Part shown: in pieces, positions 19,752-33,291 of the stretch
Numbering within the stretch: the stretch's first letter is position 1
Layout of the letters: every line of letters begins with the position of its first letter
Assembly (NCBI RefSeq): GCF_009914755.1
Contig: NC_060945.1
DNA from: the human T2T-CHM13v2.0 reference genome, Homo sapiens
DNA length: 64,000 nucleotides
Reading direction: 5' to 3' (one strand)
The notes under the pieces: generated by a model
Told to the model about the DNA's origin: nothing
Seen by the model: only the letters and a program-made list of their open reading frames with translations
Database searches by the model: none
Translations under genes and position numbers: made by a program

Positions 19752-21428
19752 GTTACCATACCACTGCAACTTTCAACCACATAAACTATTATAGTAATTT
19801 AAACTCCTCACATTAATCTGCTGCATTATAATAAACAGCAATGCCTTAAATGTTTTTCCCCATTTTGAATTTTTTCTTAATTTTCTTCTCAAGAAAAAAT
19901 TTGTGCTGTGTCCATAAAATTTAGCAAACGAATATATACAATAATTTCATTCACAATGAATTTTATAAACCATTTTCATGAACAAATACATTTAACAAGT
20001 TCTATTTGCTTTCTTTTCATTTCCTCATACAACCATCCACTGACTTAATTTGATTTCATAGAGATTTAGGGCTGCTTTCTCTCTTCTTGAATGTTGAAAT
20101 TATGCTTTCACAGTAGATAGGCTTTCTGAGGAATAAGAATCACTTGTGCTTTTTTCTATGTGAGGAAATTAGAATTTTCAGCTTCACCAGAGATTATTTC
20201 ATCCTTGAACAGTGACTAGTTAGCTTTCAATAATGAGATCTGACTCCCACTCAATCTAAATAAAACATTTAAAATACTACTTAATTAACAATAAAATGAT
20301 TTTTCCAGTAACCAATTTCCTAGCAAATGCACTATATAAATATCAAGTTCTCCTTTTCTCTGCCAATACTTAGCAACTTAACTTCTGTATTAGAAAGGTC
20401 AGAAGAAATGAGAGATGCAATTTAAAATCAGTTGGTATTCCTATAAACTTTTTAATAGTGCTGGTAAAGAATGGGTTCTAATTTATAATTATAATATGTG
20501 GTTTAAACAATGCTTCTCCTTCTTTTTTAGCTTTTTCCTCAAGTCCATGAAAAGGCCTACTAAGTCTAATTACTTATGCCTCTCTTTGTTTTCTTCTTTC
20601 CTATTATCTTAGGCACAACCAGCTTCAAATATCACGTCTATGCAGGTAACTCAAGTCCGTGTTGCCATACTATCAAATGACCTATTTTACATTCCTATCA
20701 AAGATGCATTTAAATACTTCCTATTGACTCAAAATCAAAATACTGAAACTTTAGTCATTAATCCCATGATCTTCATAATTATTGTCCTTAAAACACTGAA
20801 GAGCGAAAACACAAAGGGGATAGAAAAAGAACTTTTCAGTGGAATGCCTGAGAAATTAAAGGATGTGACACATTTGATCATGTGGTGTTGAAAAGTGAAT
20901 CGGGATCATGGGGATCATTGTGGATGGGAAGCAGGACTAGACTGCAGCTCTGACTCAGACAGAGCAGTGTGTGGAGGCTTGTATCATGAATTTTTGCTCC
21001 AGAACAACTACAGTAATAAACCAGGAAAACTGGGAAGATCCACAGACCCCCTGAAGAAAGCAAATTGCTCTTGCAGGACCTGGGAGACACCCTAAATATT
21101 GTGAGTGCCCAAACTGTGGAAGTGGGAAAGGGAGATTGCCTGCCCCCGAACACACAACCCCCACTGGGGAAACTGAAAGTCTAGAATATGGGAGAAGATT
21201 TTGACCTTACCTGGAGCTGAGTCAATTTAGAGAGCTGAGTGAAATACAGGGGTAGTGGAAGCAGCAGGAAAAGCCCTGGGAGTTCACTGGGTCCCCTAGC
21301 AAGCCACTTTTCCCTGGCCTCACAGGGGTCCTTCGTGGGAGCAGCCAGAGACACTGGGAAGAGGTCACAGGAAGAAGGAAATCTCCAGCTGAACTCTGTA
21401 ACAATTTGAACTCATCAAGAAGCTTCCT

Positions 21429-21680
21429 ACTTTGGGAAGCCCAGGTGGGCGGATCACGAGGTCAGGAGATGGAGACCATCCTGGCTAACACACTGAAAAG
21501 AAATACAAAAAAATTAGCCGGGTGTGGTAGCGGGCACCTGTAGTCCCAGCTAATAGGGAGGCTGAGGCAGAAGAATGGTGTGAACCCGGGAGGCGGAGCT
21601 TGCAGTGGCCCAGATCACTCCACTGCACTCCAGCCTGGGTGACAGGGCAAGACTCCATCAGAAAAAAAAAAAAAAAAAAA
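21429..21680 (+). mobile_element. 5'-truncated AluY-like element in the L1PB 5'UTR
   Basis: GGATCACGAGGTCAGGAGAT...CCATCCTGGCTAAC; TSD AAGCTTCCT. Confidence 0.9.
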
Positions 21681-23292
21681 GCTTCCTGGCTAGAACTCAG
21701 GGGAGGGCATGAATCCAATGTGCAGACTCCACATGTGGGGTAAGAAGGAAAGCCATATTTGCATTTGCAGCTGGGAGGTGGGTAACCTGGGGCAAGTTAT
21801 CAGCCATGCTCACCCACTGCCTACAAACAGACTCGGTGCTGTTGGGAAGGGGCAAGATGGGAGAGAGACCAGCCCTTCAAATTTTGTGTGGGAGCTGGGT
21901 GAGGCCTGTGACTGCCAGCTTTCCCCTGCTTCCCTGACAACTCACTACTGTGCATGACACAGTACAGACAGTCATAATCCTCCTAGGAACAGAACTCCAT
22001 TGACCTGGGAACCTCATCCTCATTCCCCACAGCAGCTGAAGCAAGACCCACCCAGGCAGAGTCTGAGCTCAGACATGCCCAGCCCTGCCCCCACACAATT
22101 GTCCTTCCCTACCCAACCTGGTAACTGCAGACAAAGGGCCATATACTCTTGGGAGTTCTAGGGCCCCCACCCACCACCTGTTTCTCTCCATACTACCACA
22201 GCTGATGCTCTCTGGAAAGCACCACCTCCTGGCAGGAGGCCAACCAGCACAAAAATAGTGCAATAAACCAACAAAGCCAAGTACCCTCGCAGAGCCCATT
22301 TTACTCCCCCACCACCTCCACCAGAGCATACGCTGGTATCAATGGCTGAGAGACCCACAGACGGTTCACATCACAGGCCTCTATGCAGACAACCCCCAGT
22401 ACCAGCCCAGAGCCTGGTAGACTTGCTGGATGGCTAGATCCAGGAGAGAGATAACAATCTCCACAGCTCAGCTCTCAGTAAACCACATCCCTAAGAAAAG
22501 GGGGAGAGTACTACATCAAGGCAACACCCCATGGGACAAAAGAATCTGAACAACAGCCTTCAGCCCTAGACCTTCCCTCTGACAGAGCCTACCCAAATGA
22601 GAAGGAACCAGAAAACCAACTCTGGTAATATGACAAAATGAGATTCTTTAACACCTCCAAAAAAATCACATTAGCTCACCATCAGTGGACTCAAACCATG
22701 TAGAAATCCCCAATTTACCTGAAAAAGAATTCAGAAGGTTAATTATTAAGCTAATCAGGGAGGCACCAGAGAAAGGTGAAGCCCAATCTAAGGAACTACA
22801 AAAAGTGATACAAGAAGTGAACACAGAAATATTCAAGGAAATAGGTAACATAAATAAACAACAATCAAAACTTCAGGAAAGAATGGACACACTTATAGAA
22901 ATGCAAAATACTCTGGAAAGTCTCAGCAAGAGAATTGAACAAGTAGAAGAAAGAAATTCAGAGCTCAAAGACAGGGTCTTCGAATTAACCCAATCCAACA
23001 AAGACAAAGATAAAAGCATAAGAAAATATGAACAAAGCCTCCAAGAAGTCTGGGATTATGTTAAATGACCAAACCTGAGAATAATTCATGTTCCTGAAGA
23101 ACAGGAACCTAAGAAGAGAAATCTAAAAGTCTGGAAAACATAGTTGGGGGAATAATTAAGAAAAACTTACCCAGCCTTGCTAGAAGCCTAGACATCCAAA
23201 TACAAGAAGCACAAAGAACACCTGGAAAATTCATCACAGAAAGATCATTGCCTAGCCACTTTGTCATCAGGTTATCTAAAGTTAAGACAAAG

Positions 23293-23783
23293 TGAGAGGT
23301 GAAGCCAGCTGAACTTCCTGGGTCGAGTGGGGACTTGGAGAACTTTTCTGTCTTACAAGAGGATTGTAAAATGCACCAATTAGCACTCTGTAGCTAGGAT
23401 TGCAAAATGCACCAATCAGTGCTCTGTGGCTAGCTACAGGTTTGTAAAATGGATCAATCAGCACTCTGTAAAATGGACCAATCAGCACTCTATAAAATGG
23501 ACCAATCAGCACTCTGTAAAATGGACCAATAAGCAGGACATGGGTGGGGACAAATAAGGGAATAAAAGCTGGCCACCCCCAGCCAGCAGCAGCAACTTTC
23601 TCGGGTCCCCTTCCATGCTGTGGAAGCTTTGTTCTTTTGTTCTTCACAATAAATCTTGCTACTGCTCACTCTTTGGGTCCATGCCACCTTTAAGAGCTGT
23701 AACACTCACCACGAAGGTCCACGGCTTCATTCTTGAAATCAGTGAGACCAAGAACCCATCAGAAGGAACCAACTCTGGACACA
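23293..23783 (+). mobile_element. LTR12 (ERV9) solo LTR, LTR12F-like
   Basis: TGAGAGGTGAAGCCAGCTG start, CTCTGGACACA end, tandem CCAAT units, 4-bp TSD AAAG; L1 ORF1 resumes afterwards. Confidence 0.93.
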
Positions 23784-25166
23784 AAAGGAAAGAATCTTAA
23801 GAGCTGTGAGACAAAATCACCAGGTAACCTATAAAGGAAAACCTATCAGGTTAACAGCAGATTTCTCAACAGAAACCCTACAAGCTAGAAGGAATTGAGG
23901 CCCTATTTTAAGCTTCCTCAAAAAAAAAAAAATTATCATGTAGGAATTTTGTATCCAGTGAAAACTAAGCTTCATATATGAAGGAAAGATACAGTCTTTT
24001 TCAGACAAACAAATGCTGAGATAATTCAACACTACCAAACCACCACTACAAGAACTGCTTAAAGGAGCTCTAAATCTTGAAACAAATCATGGAAACACAT
24101 CAAAACAGAACCTCTTTAAAGCATAAATCTCACAGGACCTATAAAACAAAAATACAATTATAAAAAGAAAACAAGACATACAGGCAACAAATAGCATGAT
24201 GAATGGAATGATACCTCACATCTCAATACTAACATTGAATGTAAGTGGCCTAATGCTCCACTTAAAAGATACAGAATTGCAGAATGAATAAGAATTCACC
24301 AAACCATCTGCTGCCTTCAAGAGACTCACCTAACACATAAGGACTCACATAAACTTAAGATAAAGGGATGGAAAAAGATATTCCATGCAAATGGACACCA
24401 AAAATGAGCAGGAGTAGCTATTCTTATATCAAACAAAACAAACTTTAAAGCAACAGAGGTTAAAAAAGACAAAGAGGAACATTATATAATGATTAAAAGC
24501 CTTGTCCAACAGGAAAATACCACAATCCTAAACATACATGCACCTAACTCTGGAGCTCCCAAATTTATAAAACAATTACTAATATACCTAAGAAATGAGA
24601 TAGGCAGGAACACAATAATAGTGGGAGACTTCAATACTCCACTGACAGCACTACACAGGTCCAGACAGAAACTCAACAAAGAAACAAAGGATTTAAGTTA
24701 CACCCTGGAACAAATGGACTTAACAGATATATACAGAACATTTCATCCAACAACGGTAGAATATACATTCTATTCAACAGTGCATGGAACTTTCTCCAAG
24801 ATAGACAATATTATACACAATATATAGACAATATAAATTTAGGAAAATTGAAATTATATCAGGCACTCTCAGACCACAGTGGAATAAAACTGGAAATCAA
24901 CTCCAAAAGGAACCTTCAAAACCATGCAAATACATGGAAATTAAATAACATGCTCCTGAATGATCACTGGGTCACAAATGAAATGAAGATGGAAATTTAA
25001 AATTTTTTCTAACTGAACGACAATAGTGACACAACCTACCAAAACCTCTGGGACACAGCAAAGGCAGTGCTAAGAGGTAAGTTTATATCCCTAAAGGCCT
25101 ACATCAAAAAGTCTGAAAGAGCACAAACACATAATCTAAGGTCACACCTCAAGGAACCAGAAAAAC

Positions 25167-25221
25167 AAACTTGACCTTAGGTAATCTGCCCACCTCAGCC
25201 TCCCAAAGTGCTGGGATTACA
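25167..25221 (-). mobile_element. Alu left-arm fragment (~55 bp)
   Basis: TGACCTTAGGTAATCTGCCCACCTCAGCCTCCCAAAGTGCTGGGATTACA. Confidence 0.88.
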
Positions 25222-27157
25222 CGCAATTCCTTTCCATATGATTCGTCCCATAGGGCAACATGGCAGCTGGCTTCTTCCAGAATAAATGATGTGAGAGAGA
25301 GAGAGGAGAGAGAGAGAGAAGGAGAAAGACAGAATGCAACCACAAAAAAATAAAATAAAATTTGTTCAAATATATTATGTGGCTCACAGCCTTTGAGCGG
25401 GCCAGTGGGTTCATCCTGGAAATGCCACTGGCAAAAAAAGCACACGAATCAGTAGAACTTCCCCCATAGAGATGTCTCAGATGGCAAACTGGGTACAGAC
25501 GCTAAAACAGAATCTTTATCACCGATTCCCCTAAAAACCTGATGCCACCATTTGCTTTGCCAGAAAAGAATGGATTCTGCATGGGATCTGATCTTCAACT
25601 TCTACTGTTTCATATCAACATCGTAAGTGCCTCACTAGTGAAGCAATTGCCTATATCCTAAGTACAAAAAGAGGCTGGTAAAATTAATTTCTGGTATCTA
25701 TCTTGGGGAGGATAACTTCCCAATATAATATGGAAATTTTTCCAAACTAAATTAGGGTATTCCAAAGATTCTGGGCAATAACAAAGCCCGAGAGTGTACA
25801 CTACCCTTGCCCACTTAGGTTCCCAAAGTCAGCCAATTCCCTCTTCTATATTTAAACTTGTAAACAGCAGCAATAAATTTAAGTACTAAGATAATCCACT
25901 CTCTCGTCTACAATTGAAAATGGATGCACCTCCCCAATGGAGAATCAATTTTTAAATCATATATGTATATATGATGAGATTTATAAACATACGGATGACA
26001 TAGCCATGTGTGTGTGTGTGTATATATACACAGACACATGATCTATGGCTATTATCCTTAGATCTATATCATGATAGAGAATACCATGACATTCTATAAT
26101 CTGTGGACTAATTTGTAAAGCTAAATAATACTAGTACATCCTACAGAAAATAGGATATTTGTGAGAACAGGATGTTTGTAGAATAGTTGTTAAAGGAGAA
26201 AAAATAATTGAGAGAGCAAGAGCACAAATCACAATAGATAATACAGATCTGCAAGTGATCATAAGGCTCCGATTGACAAGTTAAGACAATTCCTCCACAT
26301 CTTCCAGATTCCTCTGTTGTAAGCCAGCAGCTTAGCTGGCTTGGGTTATTTACTGAGTGAAATAACCCAAACTTGTATTCCTAATAAAAGAATTGGAGAC
26401 CTTGGAACGTGCAGTTTACCCTTGATCTTTACCATCTGATGTGGCAATACTGATAGAAAGCCAAGTGATCTCTTGGTTCAAGGCACTTTTCTCACACTCT
26501 CCCAGAATGGTAGCTATCATTCCTTTTAATAACAGGCTCATTTACCCTCAGCCAACTTTGCATCCCTTTTTTGTGCCTAGTTACGCGGTGGCATGAAGGA
26601 TTTAAAAATGGGCAGGTGTCTCTCTTGAATTTTAGTTCAATAATACTTGCCTCACGTGGTAGGTATTATTGTTATGTCATCAGCTGAAATGTTCCTATTC
26701 AGGTGTGAAAATCTCAATTTCAAATCCGTGTAAGCATATTTTTTATCTGGGGACGGGTGCATATTTCAGTCTGTAGATGTCTCTGGGAAGTCTTTTTATT
26801 TGGTTACAAAAGCTTTCAAATAAGAATTAATTAAGCCAGAATTGGGGGAATCAGAGTAAACTATTGTTAAAAGATAAAATAGGTGGAACAGTAAGATATA
26901 TCAATCTTATTTGCACTCTTGATTCTCAGACCCTTGTATTCTGACTTCTGGACAAATGTATTTTGACTACTGATTTAGAGCATATGGATGTATGATATCA
27001 CTCCAACCTTGCAAGTATTATCACCTACATGATACTCTAATTGAGTTTTCAATAGATTCAGTTCCATAAGAATATTTTTTTCAGGTGGTGGGTGGAATAT
27101 ATAATAATATCAATGAATCTTTTACAATTGAAAGCCTATTGCCTTCTTTCATTGTTC

Positions 27158-27430
27158 GCCGGGCACAGTGGCTCATGCCTATAATCCCAGCATTTAGGAG
27201 GCCAAGGCAGGAGGATCACTTGGGCCTAGGAGTTTGAGACCAGTCTGGGAAACATAGCAAAACCCCATCTCTACAAAAAAAATAGAAAAATTAGCTGGGC
27301 ATGGTCATGCACATCTGTAGTCCCAGCTACTCAAAAGGCTGAGGTGGGAGGATCAGGCTGCAGTAAGCCATGATGATACCACTACACTCAAACCTGGGCA
27401 ACAGTGCAAGACCTTGTCAAAAAAAAAAAG
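27158..27430 (+). mobile_element. AluJ with a small right-arm deletion
   Basis: GGAGGATCACTTG...; GGATC joined directly to AGGCTGCAGT. Confidence 0.9.
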
Positions 27431-27462
27431 AGAGAGAGACAAACAGAATGAAGGACCAATAG

Positions 27463-27985
27463 AATGTGTGTGTCTGTGTGTGTGTGTGTGTATGTGTGCG
27501 TGTGTAGAGAGAGAGAGATTTTTTATAAGGAATTGATTCACACTATTGTGGAGGCAGAGAAATCCCAGAATCTAGTCAGCAAGCTGGAGACCCAGAAGAG
27601 CCAATGGTTCTAGTCTGAGTTTAAAGAACTGAGAACCAGGATAGCTGATGGTGTAAGTCACAGTCCAAAGGTCAACAGCTCAAGACCCAAGAAGAGCTGA
27701 TGCTTCTGTTCTAGTCTGAAGGAAGAAAAAGGCCAATGACCCAGTTCAAAAGTAGTCAGGCAGGAGGAAATCCCCCTTACTCAAGGAAGGGTCAGACTTT
27801 TTGTTCTATTCATACCTACAAATGACTGAATGAGGCCCATCCACACTGAGGAGAGCAATCTGCTTTACTCAGACTACTAGTTTAAATGCTAACCTCATTC
27901 AGAAATACCCTTCGAGACACACCCAGAATGATGTTTGACCAAATGTCTGCATGGCCCAGTTGACACATAAAATTAACCATCATAG
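27463..27985 (-). mobile_element. MLT2 (B/C-like) ERVL LTR with (TG)n(AG)n
   Basis: TATAAGGAATTG...GCAATCTGCTTTACTCAG...TGACACATAAAATTAACCATCA. Confidence 0.8.
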
Positions 27986-28029
27986 GTACCGTACTAGGAA
28001 AAAAACCTCGTGGCCTGACAGTGGATAGG

Positions 28030-28688
28030 TGTTATAGGTAGAATTATAAGGATGTCCTCCCCAAGATTCCTGTCCCCTGATTATTCAATAATGCACTAAT
28101 TTCTAAAACTTGTGAAATCCACCAAGCACTGCTGAGAAAAGACTTTGCAAAAGAAATTAATTTTATTGATCAGGTGACCTTAAAATAGCAAGATTTTTCT
28201 GGATTACTTGGGCTCAGTGTAATTATATTAGCTCTTAAAAGCAGAGGAGGGAGGCAGAAAAGTCAGTAGAGGAGATGTGACAGAAGACCAGTATTAGAGA
28301 AATAAGGCAGAGAGGCTTGAAGTATGAGAAGGACTCAAACCACCATTGTTGACTTTGACAGAGGCCACAAGCCAGGGAACGTGAACAACCTCTAGAAGCT
28401 GAGAATGACCCAGCTGACAGCCAGTAAAGAAATGGGGACCTCAGTCCTACAAGAGCTTGAAACTAAATTCTGCCAACAACCTGAATGAGTATGGAAGTAG
28501 ATTCTCTCCTAGAGCCTCCAGAAAGTAGCACATCCCTGTCAACAACTTGATTTCAGCCTTGGAAGACTAAGTGGAGAACCAACAGAACCATGCTGTGCAT
28601 GGACTTCTAACCCAAAGAAACTCTGAGATAATCAACAGCCACTAAACGTATGGTAAGTTGTTACGGCATTGACAGAAGGTTAACACAA
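28030..28688 (+). mobile_element. MLT1E-like solo LTR
   Basis: CTAGAAGCTGAGAATGACC...AATTCTGCCAACAACCTGAATGAG...CCTAGAGCCTCCAGA. Confidence 0.78.
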
Positions 28689-29047
28689 TTAGGCATTCGG
28701 TAAGTCCCCAGATAGTGCTGCTACAGAAGCACAGTCATGAAAGAAGGCAAGTAGAAATACAAAATACATTCTTGAGTCTACCAGGAAAGTGTTATTTTCT
28801 CTTGTATGTTGCTCTGTGCCCAGTGAAATCAACAAAGTGGCTTCCTGGTGTCTTAGAAACATAACGGCATATTGCCATTCAGAGTCAGTTAATGCTGTTG
28901 GCAAATTGGGCACTCATCCATGACGGTTGCCATGTCAGCTATGGTATGAGGAAGTTGATTTTGTTGAACCATGCATATTTTATGCCTCTTGGATATAGTT
29001 TCTGTGTTATCTTGTATATGATTAAGTGCATTAAGCAAGCACTGGGG

Positions 29048-29476
29048 CAATATGGTTTGGATCTGTGTCCCCACTCAAATCTCATATCCAGTTGTAATCC
29101 CCAGTGTTGAAGGTGGGGCCTGGTGGGAGGTGACTGGATCATGGGGGTGAATCCTTCATGAATGGTTTAACACCAATCCTTTGGTGTTGTTCTCATGATA
29201 AAGGAGTCACGAGATCTGGTTGTTTAAAAGTGTGTGGCACTTATCCACCTCTGTCTCTTGCTCGTGCTCTGGCCGTGTAAGATGTTCAAGACATTCCTGC
29301 TTCTCCTCTACCTTCCGCCATGATTAAAAGTTTCCTGAGGCCTCCCCAGAAGCCAAGCAGAAGGCTCTATGCTTCCTGTACAGCCTGTGGAACCAAGAGC
29401 CAATTAAACCTATTTTCTTTATAAATCACCCAGTCTCAGGTATTTCGTTATAGCAATGCAAGAACTGACTAATACA
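29048..29476 (+). mobile_element. MSTA-like solo LTR
   Basis: ATATGGTTTGGATCTGTGTCCCCAC...TATAGCAATGCAAGAACTGACTAATACA. Confidence 0.9.
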
Positions 29477-29857
29477 TGGAGTAACTAGAAGAAGGGCAGA
29501 AAAGAACAAGTCCCCTTGTCTACTTGATCACTGACAGCCTCTTCTGTAGTGGGTCACCTCTCATAAGCATACACATGGGGTGCAAATATTCTGACATCTG
29601 GCAAAAGATGCATCTAAGTACTCAAGCACACTTGTCACCAATCCTTCAAAGTTATTCCATCAAAGTCTCTGAAAACATAATAGATATGGATCCACTTTCT
29701 CAGGCCACTTCTCCTTCCAGGTAAATTGGACATTGCTCTATGTTTTGCCCACTAGGAGGCTTTCTCTTCCCAGCCCTCCCTCAGGGCCACCTCTTAGGTC
29801 TACAGTTGGGCCAGAGTCCAGTTCTGGTTCATGTGTAGCCACCAGTAAAGAGGCTCC

Positions 29858-30155
29858 TTTTATTTTTATTTTTATTTATTTATTTTTTTTGAGACAGAGT
29901 TTCACTCTTGTTGCCCAGGCTGGAGTGCAATGGCACAATCTCGGCTCACGGGTTCAAGCGATTCTCCTGCCTCAGCCTCCAGAGTAGCTGGGATTACAGG
30001 CTTGCACCCCCACACCCGGGTAATTCTGTATTTTTAATAGAGAGGGGGTTTCTCCATGTTGGTCAGGCTCATCTCGAACTCCCGACCTCAGGTGATCCGC
30101 CGGCCTCAGCCTCCCAAAGTGCTAGGATTACAGGTGTGAGCCACCACGCCCTGCC
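29858..30155 (-). mobile_element. AluSp-like
   Basis: GGTTTCTCCATGTTGGTCAGGCT; TSD AGGCTCCTT. Confidence 0.92.
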
Positions 30156-30497
30156 AAGGCTCCTTCTTTTTCTTCCTAATTAACTCATCTAAGGAAACTT
30201 CCTCTGCAATCATAGGCAAGAGTTTAGCAGAGATGTGGCTGTACAGCAAAAGTTGGCATCTTGGGAGTGAGAACTACCTGCTTAGTCAACTAGATTTGGT
30301 TTTTTGGAGCTAAAATATACCATTTCAATTTCATGTTAAAGGGCCGCTGAACCACTCTAGTTTATGGCTTAGTTTCAGATATTACCTAGTCTTTGATGGG
30401 CAGTACAGATCCTATGAACACCTAGAGCGCCATAGCCAGGAATTTAATCTCTAGTAGAAAAAAAACAAGAACTGCTTCTCAAATAAAACAGTCCAAG

Positions 30498-31062
30498 AGC
30501 CAGGCGCAGTGGCTCACACTTGTAATCCCAGTGCTTTGAGAGTCAGAGGCAGGAGGATAACCTGAGACCAGGAGTTCAAGACCAGTCTGGACAATGTAGT
30601 CCCCCATCTCTACGAAATATTTTTGCAGGAGGATTGCTTGAGCCCAGGAGTTCAAGGCTGCAGTAAGTCATGATCACACCACTACACACCAGTCTGGGCA
30701 ACAGAGTTGGAGTGTCTCTGTTTCAAAAAAACAGAAATTAAAAAAAAAAAAAAAAAAAAGCCCAGGCGCAGTGGCTGACTCCTGAAATCCCAACACTTTG
30801 GGAGGCCAAGGTGGGCAGATCACGAGGTCAGGAGATCAAGACCATCCTGGCTAACACAGTGAGACCCCGTCTCTACTAAAATATACAAAAAATTAGCTGG
30901 GCATGGTGGCGGGTGCCTGTAGTCTCAGCTGCTCAGGAGGCTGAGGTGGGAGAATGGCGTGAACCCGAGAGGCGGAGCTTGCAGTGAGCCAAGATCATGC
31001 ACTGCCCTGCAGCCTGGGCAACAGAGCGAGACTCTGTCTCAGGGAAAAAAAAAAAAAAAAAA
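30498..31062 (+). mobile_element. Tandem Alus: deleted AluJ (30498-30760) and AluY/Sc-like (30761-31062)
   Basis: Second Alu begins at the A-tail of the first. Confidence 0.9.
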
Positions 31063-31932
31063 GTCAAAGAGAGCATGATTTTGCTACAAATTTCTATTAT
31101 TAAGTGCCTCTATATAATTTCCCAATTAGAGCCTGCCTTAGACTTCATACAGCATCCAGATCTGCCATAGACATTTGAATCTACAGAGGCATGAAGAATA
31201 CATGACAGATCCCCTGGTCCAGCTAAAGAGGTGTCTCTTCCAGAGCCTGCTCTGAGTTGGCTGGCAGCCTTTCAGGACACTTAGTTAAAGGTTTGGAATA
31301 GATGTACAGTCCCCTTCTAAAATCCATAGAAGACCTCTAAACATTGTGCTGCTTTTTTGGTAGGAGTGGAGGAAGAAAATATAGACATTGAAAAACAGAC
31401 AGAACCAGATGGTTTTTGTTCATGTCTATGCTCTATCCAGGAAAGATTTCCATCTTACAGATCTGAGAACAAAATTAAAATATTTTAAAGCACACTATCT
31501 GAAAATTTAACCTGGAATTAATCTGTGGAAGGGAGAAATAAGCAGGAAAAAAAATGGTTTAATGTAAGAAAAAGGAGCCTAATAATACCCATTCTGCAAG
31601 TTATTTTACCTTATTCATTAATTATTTAATCTAATATTTAATCCCCTGCACTTTTGAAAAATACAGAGATTAATAAGGCACCTGTGCAAAAATGACTCAA
31701 ACTCATAAAACATTTCATATTTTTCCAATACCTATCAGGGTATGTGGCTGTTTTTACAATCTCAAGAATTGTTTCTTTGAATGACTGACAAGATCATTCT
31801 AAAAGAATCTCACATCATTGCTAATATGATAGAGCAGAAATAGTCTGAACTTTGGAACCAGAAGACATCTAGATCCAAATCTTACCTTGAACCCTTACCA
31901 GCTTTGTGACCCGGGGGAAATTAGTTAGGCAC

Positions 31933-32311
31933 TGTCATAGGCTGAATAATGGCCCCCCAAAGATGTCCACATCCTAATCCCCAGAACCTGTGAATGTGTT
32001 ATTTTACATAGCAAAAGGGACTTTATAGATGTCATTAAGTCAGGGATCTTGAGATGGGGATATAGTATTATCCTGGATCATCCAGATAAGTTCAGTATAA
32101 TTACACAGGTCCTTAAAGGAAGGTAGGATGGTCAGAGTCAAAGACAGAGCCGTGATGATGGAAGCAGAGATTGGAGGAACACAGCCCTACTGAAACATTG
32201 ATTTTTGAACTTCTGCCTTCCAGAATGGTAAGAGAACAGATTTTAAATTTTGTCATTTTAAGCCACTAAAATTGTGGTGATTTGTTATTTCAGTAATAGA
32301 AAACTGATCCA
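31933..32311 (+). mobile_element. MLT1D-like LTR inserted into a MIR
   Basis: GGCTGAATAATGGCCCCCCAAAGATGTCC; TSD GGCAC; MIR core on both sides (31830-31930, 32320-32385). Confidence 0.85.
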
Positions 32312-32388
32312 GGCACTTCAAAGCTCAGTTTCCTCCTGGGAAAAATGGGAATAACACATTTGTACTATGAAGATTAAAAATATTTTTA

Positions 32389-32697
32389 GGCTGGATGCAG
32401 TAGCCTGTACCTGTACCTGTAATCCCAGCACTTTGGGAGGTCGAGGTGGGAGGATTGCTTGAGGTCACCAGTTCAAGACCAGCCTGGGCAACATAGTGAG
32501 ACCCCCATCTCTGCAAAAATTTTAAAAATTCAGCCTGGTGTGGTGGTACATGCCTGTGGTCCCAGCTACTCAGGAGGCCGAGGTGGGAGGATCACTTGAG
32601 CCCAGGGATTTGAGGCTGCAGTGAGTTACGATCATGCCACTGCACTCCAGCCTGGGCAACAGCATGACAACCTCTGTCAATAATAATAATAATAATT
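32389..32697 (+). mobile_element. AluJ
   Basis: Dimer with (AAT)n tail. Confidence 0.9.
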
Positions 32698-32961
32698 TTA
32701 AAGCAGTCATCACATAGTAACTACTCAATAAGAGGCATCTATTAAAAACATTTACTGTACTGTCAGAGATGCAGTCAGATTGACAGATGTTTCTTTCCAG
32801 GCTTTACAATTTACTAATTCTAGATTTTCTCACTTGCAAAATAGAGTTAAGAATAGAGTCATATCATAAAATTGTTGCGAGGATTAACTGAAATATTTCA
32901 CATAAAAATCTTAGCCCCATGTCTGGAACAAGGTTAGCATATCACATAATAAATATTGGCT

Positions 32962-33291
<330 letters not shown>

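Larger units (their letters stand above)
20905..25168 (+). mobile_element. L1PB-type element: 5'UTR, ORF1 and endonuclease; 3' half missing
   Basis: GCAGGACTAGACTGCAGCTC 5'UTR start; ORF1 remnant LPEKEFRR...EQSLQEVWDYVK; EN remnant IVGDFNTPL...FSKID. Confidence 0.9.
28690..31450 (-). mobile_element. Ancient ERVL-class internal (pol) remnant, split by MST and Alu insertions
   Basis: Minus-strand ECPICQQH integrase zinc-finger motif near 28890-28925; remainder heavily degraded, extent uncertain. Confidence 0.5.

Noticed and set aside
23282-23647. 121-aa ORF with LIGPFYRV repeats
   Set aside because: Antisense translation of the 24-bp LTR12 CCAAT repeat; not a repeat protein, and not a CRISPR array (no unique spacers).
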